From a virus (lineage: Duplodnaviria > Caudoviricetes), in the IMG/VR virus record IMGVR_UViG_3300032265_000041, positions 1-57,987 of that record: a stretch of DNA of 57,987 nt, one strand, 5' to 3'. The translations under genes were made by a program, and so were the position numbers. Shown here one piece after another: positions 1-7,962 of the stretch (its first letter is position 1; each line of letters starts with the position of its first letter). The notes under the pieces were generated by a model. That model was not told the origin of the DNA, made no database searches, and saw only the letters and a program-made list of their open reading frames with translations.

Positions 1-11
1 AGAACAAAGAG

Positions 12-2159
12 ATGGATATGGCGGAAGGTGACAGTAGTGCAAAATATAAAGTAAAAAGTATCGGGCATGATACCCGAGGTGATTACTATATTAGCCCAAG
101 CACTAGAAAGAAAGTTTATAAAAGTGGTGTCAAAGTCAGTGATCACGAAAACCCTAAAACGGGTGAGCACAAAGGTGTGGCGGAAGGTGAAGTAGTTCCA
201 TTAGGTAAAAAACATCGTGGTGATTTAGCAGGCATACATTCATGTCCCAAGTGCGGGGGCGAATTACAAGGTGGTAATTATATGGGTCAACGTGTGAAAG
301 TATGTCAACCATGTAAGCAAGTTTATCTACCACCAAATTCAGGTATTGATCAACAGGGTAATAAAACTAACGAGCAAGGTGTGGCGGAAGGCAAGGACGA
401 CAAAATTGCTCAACTAAAGAAAGACCATGACACCGCAGTTCATTGGAGTAAGAATGAGACAAGCCCGCAGAAGCGTGAGGCTGCTCGTCAGAAGGCTGAG
501 AAGATTAAAGCACACCTAGAGAAACAATATAAGCAAGGTGTGGCGGAGGACGATGCTGGTGATGTTGAACAGCGGTTTGCTGCTAAAATGGAAAAAGAAA
601 AACAGCGTTTAGCAAAAATAAAACAGACTGATCCAGAAGCATACAAGCGTGAAATAGCCAAGCGTAAAACTTCATCCAACATTCCCCCTGTGTCTACATT
701 TGAGCAACAAGGTGTGGCGGAAGAAGCCAAGCATGGCCTATATTATAATGTAAACAAGCGCAAGAAGGCCGGCACCAGTAGACCTGCAAGCAGTCCCAAA
801 GCACCCACAGCACAGGCGTGGAAAGATGCTGCTAAAACTGCTAAAAAAGAAAGTGTAGCAGAAAGACAACTTGACGAATTTGTACCAGCATTGGCAGCGG
901 GTGCAGGTGCATTAGCACGTGGTGCAGCAATGGCTGGAGGTGCTGCACTAAAAGGAGCTCAAGCATTAGGTGGCGTAGCATTAAAGGGTGCTCAAGCAGT
1001 TACACCGAGCCTAGTAAAAGGCGTACAATCAGCAGGCAATGCTGTTACAAAAGGTGTGCAAGCAGTTACACCTGGTGTTGCAAAAACTGGACAAGCAATT
1101 CAAAAAGTTCCAGGTCAAGTTGAAAAAGGATTGATAAAAGGATTTGACATGCTGAATGCTCTTGTTCCTGGGGGAATCTTTAATCCTGATGGAAGCATGA
1201 AAGGGTCGCAATATCTAACAAAATATCTAACGCCACAACAAATTCAACAAGCACAGCAACAACCGGCACAAAAGCAACAGCAAGGTGTGGCGGAAGGCAC
1301 AGAAAAACGCTGTATGCAGTGCGGCATGAAAAGTTGTAAATGCCCAGGTACTTCATGTAAGTGCAAGCCTATTGCAGGCTGGGTGCCTGGCAAGGGATTC
1401 AAGAAGGCTATGGACGAAGCTGCCAATGCTGCACAGCAGGCCGCTATTGCTATTTCTAAAAAGAAAGCAATGTCAGAAAACCCAGACTGGTACAATGACG
1501 AAGCAAACAGCATGTCCAGTAGCCAATTAAAAAGCCTATATAAACATGCGATGAAATTACGCCAAGCAGTTAAACAAATGCAGGCACAAGGTGATACATT
1601 AGAACCATGGCAGCAAAGTAAAGTTACCAAAGCCGCTGATTACCTAGATGCTGTGTTCAATGCAGTGGATGACGAGCATGACATGGGCGAGCAGACTGAA
1701 TTAGAAAGTGTGGGCGTTCCATCATACGGTGTAGGCGGCTATCGTAATCGTGGTGATGACGAGAGACACGATCTAGATGATCCAGAACTACAACAAAATC
1801 GTCAAGAAGTCACATCCTACAATATTACTATCGACGGCAAACCAATCAATCCCAAACCAATCTTTGGACGCAGTGCTACTATTGCCTGGGGCAAGAAACA
1901 TGCTGCCACTGGCGTAGATCTTTCCAATGCTATGATATCTCCAGTTAAGCATACTGAAGATGCCTATATGGAGTCACTACAAAATATGTTAGAGCGTTCT
2001 GTTAGTCAGGCACAACATAATCTAATGGTAGGTGTTGCACACAATCCAGCATTTGCCCAAAAGGTAAAAGTTAAACGAGCTGTTGGACAAGAATTTGCTA
2101 ATGCAGATCAAGGTCACGACATTAGCAAACTACCAATACGTGTTCCAAAAAAGAAATGA
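12..2159 (+). CDS. Modular, probably head-packaged polyprotein with repeated [Q/K]GVAE junctions; likely 5'-truncated by the window
   Basis: 715-aa ORF with no in-frame stop upstream inside the window. Unrelated short modules (Zn ribbon, basic helical, amphipathic 11-mer, Cys-rich) are separated by GVAE or hydrophobic-x-E motifs resembling T4 prohead-protease cleavage sites. Confidence 0.7.
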   Translation: MDMAEGDSSAKYKVKSIGHDTRGDYYISPSTRKKVYKSGVKVSDHENPKTGEHKGVAEGEVVPLGKKHRGDLAGIHSCPKCGGELQGGNYMGQRVKVCQPCKQVYLPPNSGIDQQGNKTNEQGVAEGKDDKIAQLKKDHDTAVHWSKNETSPQKREAARQKAEKIKAHLEKQYKQGVAEDDAGDVEQRFAAKMEKEKQRLAKIKQTDPEAYKREIAKRKTSSNIPPVSTFEQQGVAEEAKHGLYYNVNKRKKAGTSRPASSPKAPTAQAWKDAAKTAKKESVAERQLDEFVPALAAGAGALARGAAMAGGAALKGAQALGGVALKGAQAVTPSLVKGVQSAGNAVTKGVQAVTPGVAKTGQAIQKVPGQVEKGLIKGFDMLNALVPGGIFNPDGSMKGSQYLTKYLTPQQIQQAQQQPAQKQQQGVAEGTEKRCMQCGMKSCKCPGTSCKCKPIAGWVPGKGFKKAMDEAANAAQQAAIAISKKKAMSENPDWYNDEANSMSSSQLKSLYKHAMKLRQAVKQMQAQGDTLEPWQQSKVTKAADYLDAVFNAVDDEHDMGEQTELESVGVPSYGVGGYRNRGDDERHDLDDPELQQNRQEVTSYNITIDGKPINPKPIFGRSATIAWGKKHAATGVDLSNAMISPVKHTEDAYMESLQNMLERSVSQAQHNLMVGVAHNPAFAQKVKVKRAVGQEFANADQGHDISKLPIRVPKKK
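172..1294 (+). repeat. Dispersed in-frame direct repeat AAGGTGTGGCGGA (5 exact copies)
   Basis: Core GGTGTGGCGGA at 174, 378, 537, 711 and 1284, all in the reading frame of ORF 12..2159. Four copies extend to CAAGGTGTGGCGGA. A degenerate copy, ATGGCGGAAGG, lies at 18-28. Confidence 0.95.
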
Positions 2160-2947
2160 AAATCAACGATTTATTAGAGTCAGACGACTACGAAATACAT
2201 AACCAAGAAAAACTAGATCGAATACTGGTCAAGTTATGTGAGATGGTCATCGAAGCACAACAAGAAGATAGTGAATACTATGGTATGGTTGCTGCCGGTG
2301 TCCTCGATCCTGATAATAATTTAGCTGCTGGAGTAAACTACCCACATGAAGAAGGCGGTCGTGTCCATGCAGAAAGAGCCGCAATGGAATTATATGAAAG
2401 CCAATATGGATCACCTGTTCCCAAAGGCAGTATCATTATTACAACATTAAGTCCATGTAATGAACACGCAGATAGGACAGCAGACGGACGCCACGGCGAA
2501 AGTTGCACTGAACTAGTAAACAATTCTACAGTTCATAAAGTCTATTGCGGATATCAAGATCCAAGCCAAGGTGACGACGAACACGATGAAAGAACATTCA
2601 CTTTAGAAGAAACTCGCAATCCTGTCATCCGTGCTCTTTGCAAAAAGTTTGCAGATACATTCCTAGATGGTCATGTTTCTGAATCAGCAGCTTGGCATCG
2701 TAAAGCTGGTAAAAGTAAAACAGGTGGGTTGAATGCCAAGGGCATTGCCAGCTATCGTAGAGAACATCCGGGTAGCCACTTACAGAAAGCTGTAACAACT
2801 AAACCCAGTAAACTAAAGCCTGGAAGTAAAGCAGCTAAACGCCGTAAATCATTCTGTGCTAGAATGGGCGGCAGTAAAGGTCCAATGAAAAAGCCAAACG
2901 GTGAGCCTACCCGTAAAGCCCTAGCATTGCGTAAGTGGAACTGCTAA
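2156..2947 (+). CDS. Zn-dependent (CDA/RibD-like) deaminase domain fused to a basic C-terminal phage domain (DUF6321-like)
   Basis: HAE motif (RVHAERAA), TLSPC-x15-C and VYCGYQDP as in RibD-type deaminases. The C-terminal GGLNAKG..RRKSFCARMGG..LRKWNC domain is recalled from phage proteins. Confidence 0.7.
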   Translation: MKINDLLESDDYEIHNQEKLDRILVKLCEMVIEAQQEDSEYYGMVAAGVLDPDNNLAAGVNYPHEEGGRVHAERAAMELYESQYGSPVPKGSIIITTLSPCNEHADRTADGRHGESCTELVNNSTVHKVYCGYQDPSQGDDEHDERTFTLEETRNPVIRALCKKFADTFLDGHVSESAAWHRKAGKSKTGGLNAKGIASYRREHPGSHLQKAVTTKPSKLKPGSKAAKRRKSFCARMGGSKGPMKKPNGEPTRKALALRKWNC

Positions 2948-3141
2948 TGCGTATTTCTGAACTTGTAGAAAACTTTGCAGATGGGCGTCATCCTGAAGAT
3001 AAAGGTGACAGTAAACGTCACGGCATCAATACCAAGGCCGGCGTAAGTAGTCTGCGTAAGACTGCCAAACAAGGCGGACGCAAAGGACAACTGGCACACT
3101 GGCTGGCCAACATGAAAGCTGGCCGAGCAAAAAAGAAATAA
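2947..3141 (+). CDS. Small basic protein with an MRISELVE leader
   Basis: TAATG stop/start overlap at 2945-2949; Lys/Arg-rich, 64 aa. Confidence 0.7.
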   Translation: MRISELVENFADGRHPEDKGDSKRHGINTKAGVSSLRKTAKQGGRKGQLAHWLANMKAGRAKKK

Positions 3142-3143
3142 AA

Positions 3144-3241
3144 TCAAGTGCCGATTTACCTTTAAGCCACATTGGCTGTACTACGAAAAAACAGGGAAAG
3201 CTCATAGTTAGGGGTCCTCGGATGCCCGGTTAACCACTTGA
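3144..3241. ncRNA. Candidate structured non-coding RNA
   Basis: Intergenic 98 nt closed by TCAAGTG/CACTTGA, with internal stems AGCCA/TGGCT and ACTATGA/TCGTAGT (the latter on the minus strand with one G-U pair). Confidence 0.35.
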
Positions 3242-3267
3242 CATGATATTTAACAATAAATATATCC

Positions 3268-3810
3268 ATGTATAACTTTATAAAACAACTGCAAGAAGGC
3301 AGAGTAATTAAAAAATTAGAGCAGGTAGCCTTGCCCTATGCTCGTGACGGTCTTGGTCGTAGTTTGAGTAAAAAAGCAATAGACTATCATTATGGTAAAT
3401 TATACGGCGGATATGTGACTCGATTCAATGCTGGAGAAGGTGACCCAGATTTTAATGAAGCCGGTGCATTCTTGCATAGCATTTATTTTCCACAAATGCA
3501 ACCACCGAAAGGATCAAACCAACCTAGTGGTAAATCTCTAGAATTTATCAATCAGCATTTTAAAAGTTTTGATAAGTTTAAAGAAAAGTTTGAAAAAACT
3601 GCCATGGGCATACAAGGCAGTGGTTGGGCCTATCTTGCCAAGAATGGTGAAATCAAAACCATTGTCAATCACCAAATTAAAAACGATATTATACTATTAA
3701 TAGATTGGTGGGAACACTCTTGGGTGATGGATTATCAAGCCGATAAAAAAGGTTATTTGAATAATCAGTGGAAAATTATCAATTGGAATATCATAGACGC
3801 CCGTTTATAA
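3268..3810 (+). CDS. sod: Fe/Mn superoxide dismutase
   Basis: LPY, first ligand His in DYHYGK, second His in AFLHSIYF, QGSGW, and DWWEH with the Asp and His ligands. Confidence 0.9.
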   Translation: MYNFIKQLQEGRVIKKLEQVALPYARDGLGRSLSKKAIDYHYGKLYGGYVTRFNAGEGDPDFNEAGAFLHSIYFPQMQPPKGSNQPSGKSLEFINQHFKSFDKFKEKFEKTAMGIQGSGWAYLAKNGEIKTIVNHQIKNDIILLIDWWEHSWVMDYQADKKGYLNNQWKIINWNIIDARL

Positions 3811-3818
3811 AATAAACA

Positions 3819-3847
3819 TTGACACTGCTCCTTGTATAGCGTATACT
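3819..3847 (+). promoter_or_regulatory. Sigma70-type promoter
   Basis: TTGACA-17 bp-TATACT, followed by an AAGGAG RBS before ATG 3868. Confidence 0.8.
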
Positions 3848-3867
3848 AGCTAACAAGGAGATTTTTT

Positions 3868-4140
3868 ATGAGTAAAGCGTTCGGAGCCCCAGAGCAGGCC
3901 AAAATTAAACAAATCGTTGCAGAGGGAATGACGGTAATGCAGGAAATTCAAGACCTAACTGAAGGTCTCAACGAAACCATCAAAGCTGTGGCGGAGGAAT
4001 TGGAAATCAAGCCCAGTGTTATTAAGAAGGCAATTAAAATTGCACAGAAAGATACATGGGATCAAGTGTTCCGAGAATTCGACGACTTGGAAACTATTGT
4101 AGACATTAGTGGTCACAGCTTCCGTCGTGAAGATCAATGA
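3868..4140 (+). CDS. Small dsDNA-binding protein (T4 DsbA/GapR-like)
   Basis: 90-aa helical protein with an IK..AEELEIKPSVIKKAIK pattern; good RBS. Confidence 0.55.
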   Translation: MSKAFGAPEQAKIKQIVAEGMTVMQEIQDLTEGLNETIKAVAEELEIKPSVIKKAIKIAQKDTWDQVFREFDDLETIVDISGHSFRREDQ

Positions 4141-4433
4141 TTGAAATATTCAAGCCAACGATAGACTGGATCAAAGATGACTACCGTACTAATCCTTTTC
4201 GCTTCTGCATTGAGTTGCTTGCTTGGGCTATTAGCATTGGGTGTTCGATTACAATGGCTATTACAGTCCCCAACCCGCCCTTACTATCTCTCTATCCTAT
4301 TTGGATCCTCGGCTGCGGTCTCTATGCTTGGGCTGCTTTTACTAGGAAAAGTTTTGGCATGCTGGCTAACTACATCCTGCTGGTCAGTATAGATTCTATT
4401 GGCCTAGTTAGAATGTTGGCTAAATATTTTTAA
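4137..4433 (+). CDS. Small membrane protein
   Basis: About three hydrophobic segments; ATGA overlap with the upstream gene. Confidence 0.7.
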   Translation: MIEIFKPTIDWIKDDYRTNPFRFCIELLAWAISIGCSITMAITVPNPPLLSLYPIWILGCGLYAWAAFTRKSFGMLANYILLVSIDSIGLVRMLAKYF

Positions 4434-4435
4434 GA

Positions 4436-4497
4436 ATGGTACGATCAGCCATAATTGATCATCAAGGTATGTGTATGCCGCAAATTACACAAGGGAG
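4436..4497 (+). promoter_or_regulatory. Tandem hairpin (possible pseudoknot) element in the DNA polymerase leader
   Basis: GATCA-GCCATAAT-TGATC (4443-4460) and TGTGTA-TGCCGCAAAT-TACACA (4470-4491), each preceded by GGTA and lying directly before the AAGGGAG RBS. Confidence 0.5.
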
Positions 4498-4503
4498 AAA
4501 AAT

Positions 4504-7173
4504 ATGAGTTATGTAGATGCTCGGTGGGACCGAGAGAAGGACATTGTTCAGGTTATTGAACGTGATCCAAAGAAAGGCAGGTTGTATCAAGAATATCCTG
4601 CAAAGTATATGTTCTATTACCCAGATCAACGGGGTAAGTATAAATCCATTCACGGAGAGAATCTTTCAAAAGTTACCGCACGTAACTGGAAAGAGTTCAT
4701 TAAAGAACAGAAAATTCACAGCGCACACAAGTTATACGAAAGTGATATCAATCCTGTATTCCGCTGCCTAGAAGAAAACTATCTAGGTAAAGATGCTCCA
4801 AAACTAAATGTAGCGTTTTTCGACATTGAGGTAGACTTTGATCCAGAACGTGGTTATAGCACCCCAGAGGATGCGTTCATGCCAATTACTGCTATCGCTG
4901 TTCACCTACAATGGTTAGACACACTTGTATGTCTTGCAGTGCCTCCAAAGACTCTTACGATGGAGCAGGCAGTAGAACAAGTTAAAGATTTTCCCAACAC
5001 TATGTTGTTTGAAACAGAATACGAAATGTTGGATACATTCTTAGACCTTATACAAGATAGTGATGTACTAAGTGGTTGGAACTCAGAAGGTTTTGATATT
5101 CCATATACAGTAAATAGAGTAACAAAGGTTCTCAGCAAGGAGGATACACGTAGATTCTGCTTGTGGGACCAAATGCCTAAGAAACGAGAGTACGAAAAAT
5201 ATGGAAAAGCGGCTGTTACTTATGACCTCGTTGGTCGTGTTCATATGGACAGTCTCGAGTTGTATCGCAAATACACCTATGAAGAACGACACACTTACCG
5301 ATTGGATGCTATCGGAGAAATGGAGGTAGGCGAAACAAAGACTGTATATGAAGGTACACTGGACCAACTATACAACAATGACTTTCGTAAGTTTATCGAA
5401 TACAACAGGCAAGATACTGCACTATTAGATAAGTTAGATAAGAAATTAAAATTCTTAGATCTCGCCAGCACTATTGCACATGAGAACACTGTGTTGATTC
5501 AAACCACAATGGGTGCTGTGGCTGTAACTGAACAGGCCATTGTAAACGAAGCCCATCACCGTGGATTAATTGTGCCAAGTCGTCCTAAACGTGATGAAGA
5601 TGCTATCAATCAAGCGGCCGGTGCATATGTTGCATATCCAAAGAAAGGTCTTCATGACTGGATTGGATCAATGGACATTAACTCACTATATCCATCTGTT
5701 ATTCGAGCATTGAACATGGGTCCGGAAACTATTGTGGGGCAACTACGACAGGATTATACCAAGTCAGAGATCGATGCTAAGATTGCTAAAGGTTCTAGTT
5801 TTGCGGCTGCATGGGAAGGTAAGTTTGGTAGTAACGAATACGAATTTGTTATGGCACAGGATCGAACTAATGATATTATTATCGATTGGGAGAATGGCGA
5901 AACGGATGTAATGAGTGGCGCACAGATCTACGAACTAATATTTGAAAGTAACAAGCCTTGGATGATGAGTGCTAATGGCACAATCTTTACACACGAACGT
6001 GAAGGTATTATCCCCGGACTACTAAAACGCTGGTATGCTGAACGTAAAGAGATGCAGGCCAAATTAAAAGAATGTATTAAAGCGGAGAATAAAATTGAAG
6101 AAGAATATTGGGATAAAAGACAGTTGGTTAAGAAGATTTTACTTAACAGTTTATACGGTGCTATTCTTAATGCTGGTTGCCGTTTTTTCGATAATCGCAT
6201 TGGTCAGTCAACCACCCTTACAGGGCGTGGAATTGCCAAACATATGGCAGGAAAAATCAACGAAGTAATTACAGGAGAATACGATCACGTGGGTAAGGCC
6301 ATTATCTACGGTGATACAGACTCTGCATATTTTAGTGCTTACAATTCGTTAAAAGTTGAAATTGCCAAAGGTCAGATACCGTGGGATAAGAATACAGTGG
6401 TACAACTGTATGATACAATTGCCGACGAGGTCAATTCAACTTTCCCACAATTTATGCTAGATGCACATCACTGTCCAAAGTCACGTGGTGATGTTATTAA
6501 AGCAGGACGAGAAATCGTTGCTATCAAAGGCCTGTTCATTACCAAGAAGCGTTATGCTGTATTGTATTATGACAAAGAAGGAAAACGCAGTGATATTGAT
6601 GGCAAACCAGGTAAGATTAAGGCCATGGGCCTGGACTTGAAGCGTAGTGATACTCCGGAATTTATGCAAAAGTTCTTGGAAGAAGTACTGACCAAAGTGC
6701 TGAATAATGCACAAGAAGAAGAGATCTTAGGCATGATTACAGAGTTTAGAACTGAGTTTAAGGCAAGACCTGGTTGGGAGAAAGGCAGTCCTAAACGTGC
6801 CAACAACATTGCCGAGTATCAAAAGAAAGAAGAAAAACAAGGCAAGGCCAATATGCCCGGACACGTTCGTGCTAGTATTAACTGGAACACTCTAAAGCGC
6901 ATGAACGGTGACAAATACAGTCAACAGATTGTTGATGGTATGAAAGTTATTGTCTGTAAGGTAAAGGCAAATCCATTAGGTTATACAAGTATTGCATATC
7001 CAGTCGATGAATTGCGTTTGCCGAAGTGGTTCCAAGAACTGCCGTTTGATCATGCAGAAATGGAAGCTACTATTATTAATAACAAGCTAGATAACCTCAT
7101 CGGTGTTCTAGACTGGGATCTCAATTCCACAACTGAAACAAATACATTCCACAGCTTATTCAGCTTTGACTAA
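4504..7173 (+). CDS. gp43: Family B DNA polymerase (T4 gp43-like)
   Basis: Exo motifs FDIEV and GWNSEGFDIPY; polymerase motifs DINSLYPS, KILLNSLYG, YGDTDS and KKRY. Start placed at 4504 (MSYVD) after the RBS. Confidence 0.97.
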   Translation: MSYVDARWDREKDIVQVIERDPKKGRLYQEYPAKYMFYYPDQRGKYKSIHGENLSKVTARNWKEFIKEQKIHSAHKLYESDINPVFRCLEENYLGKDAPKLNVAFFDIEVDFDPERGYSTPEDAFMPITAIAVHLQWLDTLVCLAVPPKTLTMEQAVEQVKDFPNTMLFETEYEMLDTFLDLIQDSDVLSGWNSEGFDIPYTVNRVTKVLSKEDTRRFCLWDQMPKKREYEKYGKAAVTYDLVGRVHMDSLELYRKYTYEERHTYRLDAIGEMEVGETKTVYEGTLDQLYNNDFRKFIEYNRQDTALLDKLDKKLKFLDLASTIAHENTVLIQTTMGAVAVTEQAIVNEAHHRGLIVPSRPKRDEDAINQAAGAYVAYPKKGLHDWIGSMDINSLYPSVIRALNMGPETIVGQLRQDYTKSEIDAKIAKGSSFAAAWEGKFGSNEYEFVMAQDRTNDIIIDWENGETDVMSGAQIYELIFESNKPWMMSANGTIFTHEREGIIPGLLKRWYAERKEMQAKLKECIKAENKIEEEYWDKRQLVKKILLNSLYGAILNAGCRFFDNRIGQSTTLTGRGIAKHMAGKINEVITGEYDHVGKAIIYGDTDSAYFSAYNSLKVEIAKGQIPWDKNTVVQLYDTIADEVNSTFPQFMLDAHHCPKSRGDVIKAGREIVAIKGLFITKKRYAVLYYDKEGKRSDIDGKPGKIKAMGLDLKRSDTPEFMQKFLEEVLTKVLNNAQEEEILGMITEFRTEFKARPGWEKGSPKRANNIAEYQKKEEKQGKANMPGHVRASINWNTLKRMNGDKYSQQIVDGMKVIVCKVKANPLGYTSIAYPVDELRLPKWFQELPFDHAEMEATIINNKLDNLIGVLDWDLNSTTETNTFHSLFSFD

Positions 7174-7181
7174 AATATTTG

Positions 7182-7210
7182 TTGACATTTACCCTAAATC
7201 TAAATAAACT
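7182..7210 (+). promoter_or_regulatory. Sigma70-type promoter with overlapping TAAATA late-type box
   Basis: TTGACA-17-TAAACT; TAAATA at 7201-7206. Confidence 0.65.
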
Positions 7211-7227
7211 TATACAAAGGAAACATT

Positions 7228-7962
7228 ATGAAAGATATTCTACAAGACATCGTTGCTCACACCAACAAACTGGGCTTCTTAAACATTGTAAAAATTACAG
7301 GTACAGAAGCTAAAACATTGATCGACTCTATGGCAGATGACCGTAGTGTTATCATGTATGCAGAGACTACCAATCCGCATCCCGACATGATTGGCACATT
7401 TGGTATGCCACAGCTTGAGAAACTTCGCTATCTAGTAGATGGTAAAGAATATCAGGAAGATGCTAAAATTGAAGTTGTCACAGGTCAACGCAACGGTGAA
7501 GAAATCCCAGTCGGTCTCCACTTTGAAAACAAAGATGGCGACTTCAAGAATGACTATCGCTTTATGAATCAAGACATTATCAACGAGAAATTAAAGACTG
7601 TCAAGTTCCGCGGTGTTAACTGGCATGTTGAAGTTGCTCCAACTGTTGCATCTGTTCAGCGTTTCCAATTCCAAGCGGGTGCTAACACAGAGCATACAAC
7701 ATTCTTGGCTAAAACAGATGGCGACAAGTTGATCTTTACATTTGGTGATGCTGCAAGTCACGGTGGTGAGTTTGTATTTGCCACAGGCGTTACAGGTAAG
7801 ATTACCAAAGCATGGACATGGCCTGTTGCTCCTGTATTAGGTATCTTGAAGATTGCAGATGCCAACAATGCTAAAATTGGTTTTAGTAACGATGGTGCTA
7901 TGCAGATTGAATTAGACAGCGGCATTGCAACCTACAAATATATTATTCCAGCACAGGCATGA
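7228..7962 (+). CDS. Probable sliding clamp (gp45-like)
   Basis: 244 aa, beta-rich, ends in YIIPAQA like clamp C-termini, and directly follows the polymerase. Assignment rests on size and synteny. Confidence 0.55.
   Translation: MKDILQDIVAHTNKLGFLNIVKITGTEAKTLIDSMADDRSVIMYAETTNPHPDMIGTFGMPQLEKLRYLVDGKEYQEDAKIEVVTGQRNGEEIPVGLHFENKDGDFKNDYRFMNQDIINEKLKTVKFRGVNWHVEVAPTVASVQRFQFQAGANTEHTTFLAKTDGDKLIFTFGDAASHGGEFVFATGVTGKITKAWTWPVAPVLGILKIADANNAKIGFSNDGAMQIELDSGIATYKYIIPAQA

Noticed and set aside
172-1294. Repeat array as a CRISPR array
   Set aside because: The repeat is only 13-14 bp and non-palindromic, spacers are 150-560 bp and in frame, and no cas genes are present.
3144-3241. tRNA gene
   Set aside because: No GTTC T-loop, D-loop consensus or CCA end on either strand; kept only as a candidate ncRNA.
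3982-3998. AAAGCTGTGGCGGAGGA, similar to the array repeat, in the DsbA-like gene
   Set aside because: It is a single mismatched copy within a continuous helical domain (KAVAEE) and is probably coincidental.
4471-4503. Longer N-termini from the ORF track (4471, also 2935, 11976, 13575, 14770, 16980)
   Set aside because: Downstream ATGs have better RBS spacing or stop/start coupling, and the extensions overlap neighbouring genes or RNA structure.
4504-7173. Intein or intron in the DNA polymerase (also checked thyA and gp46)
   Set aside because: Motifs are contiguous, lengths are normal, and no splice-junction or homing-endonuclease signatures were seen.
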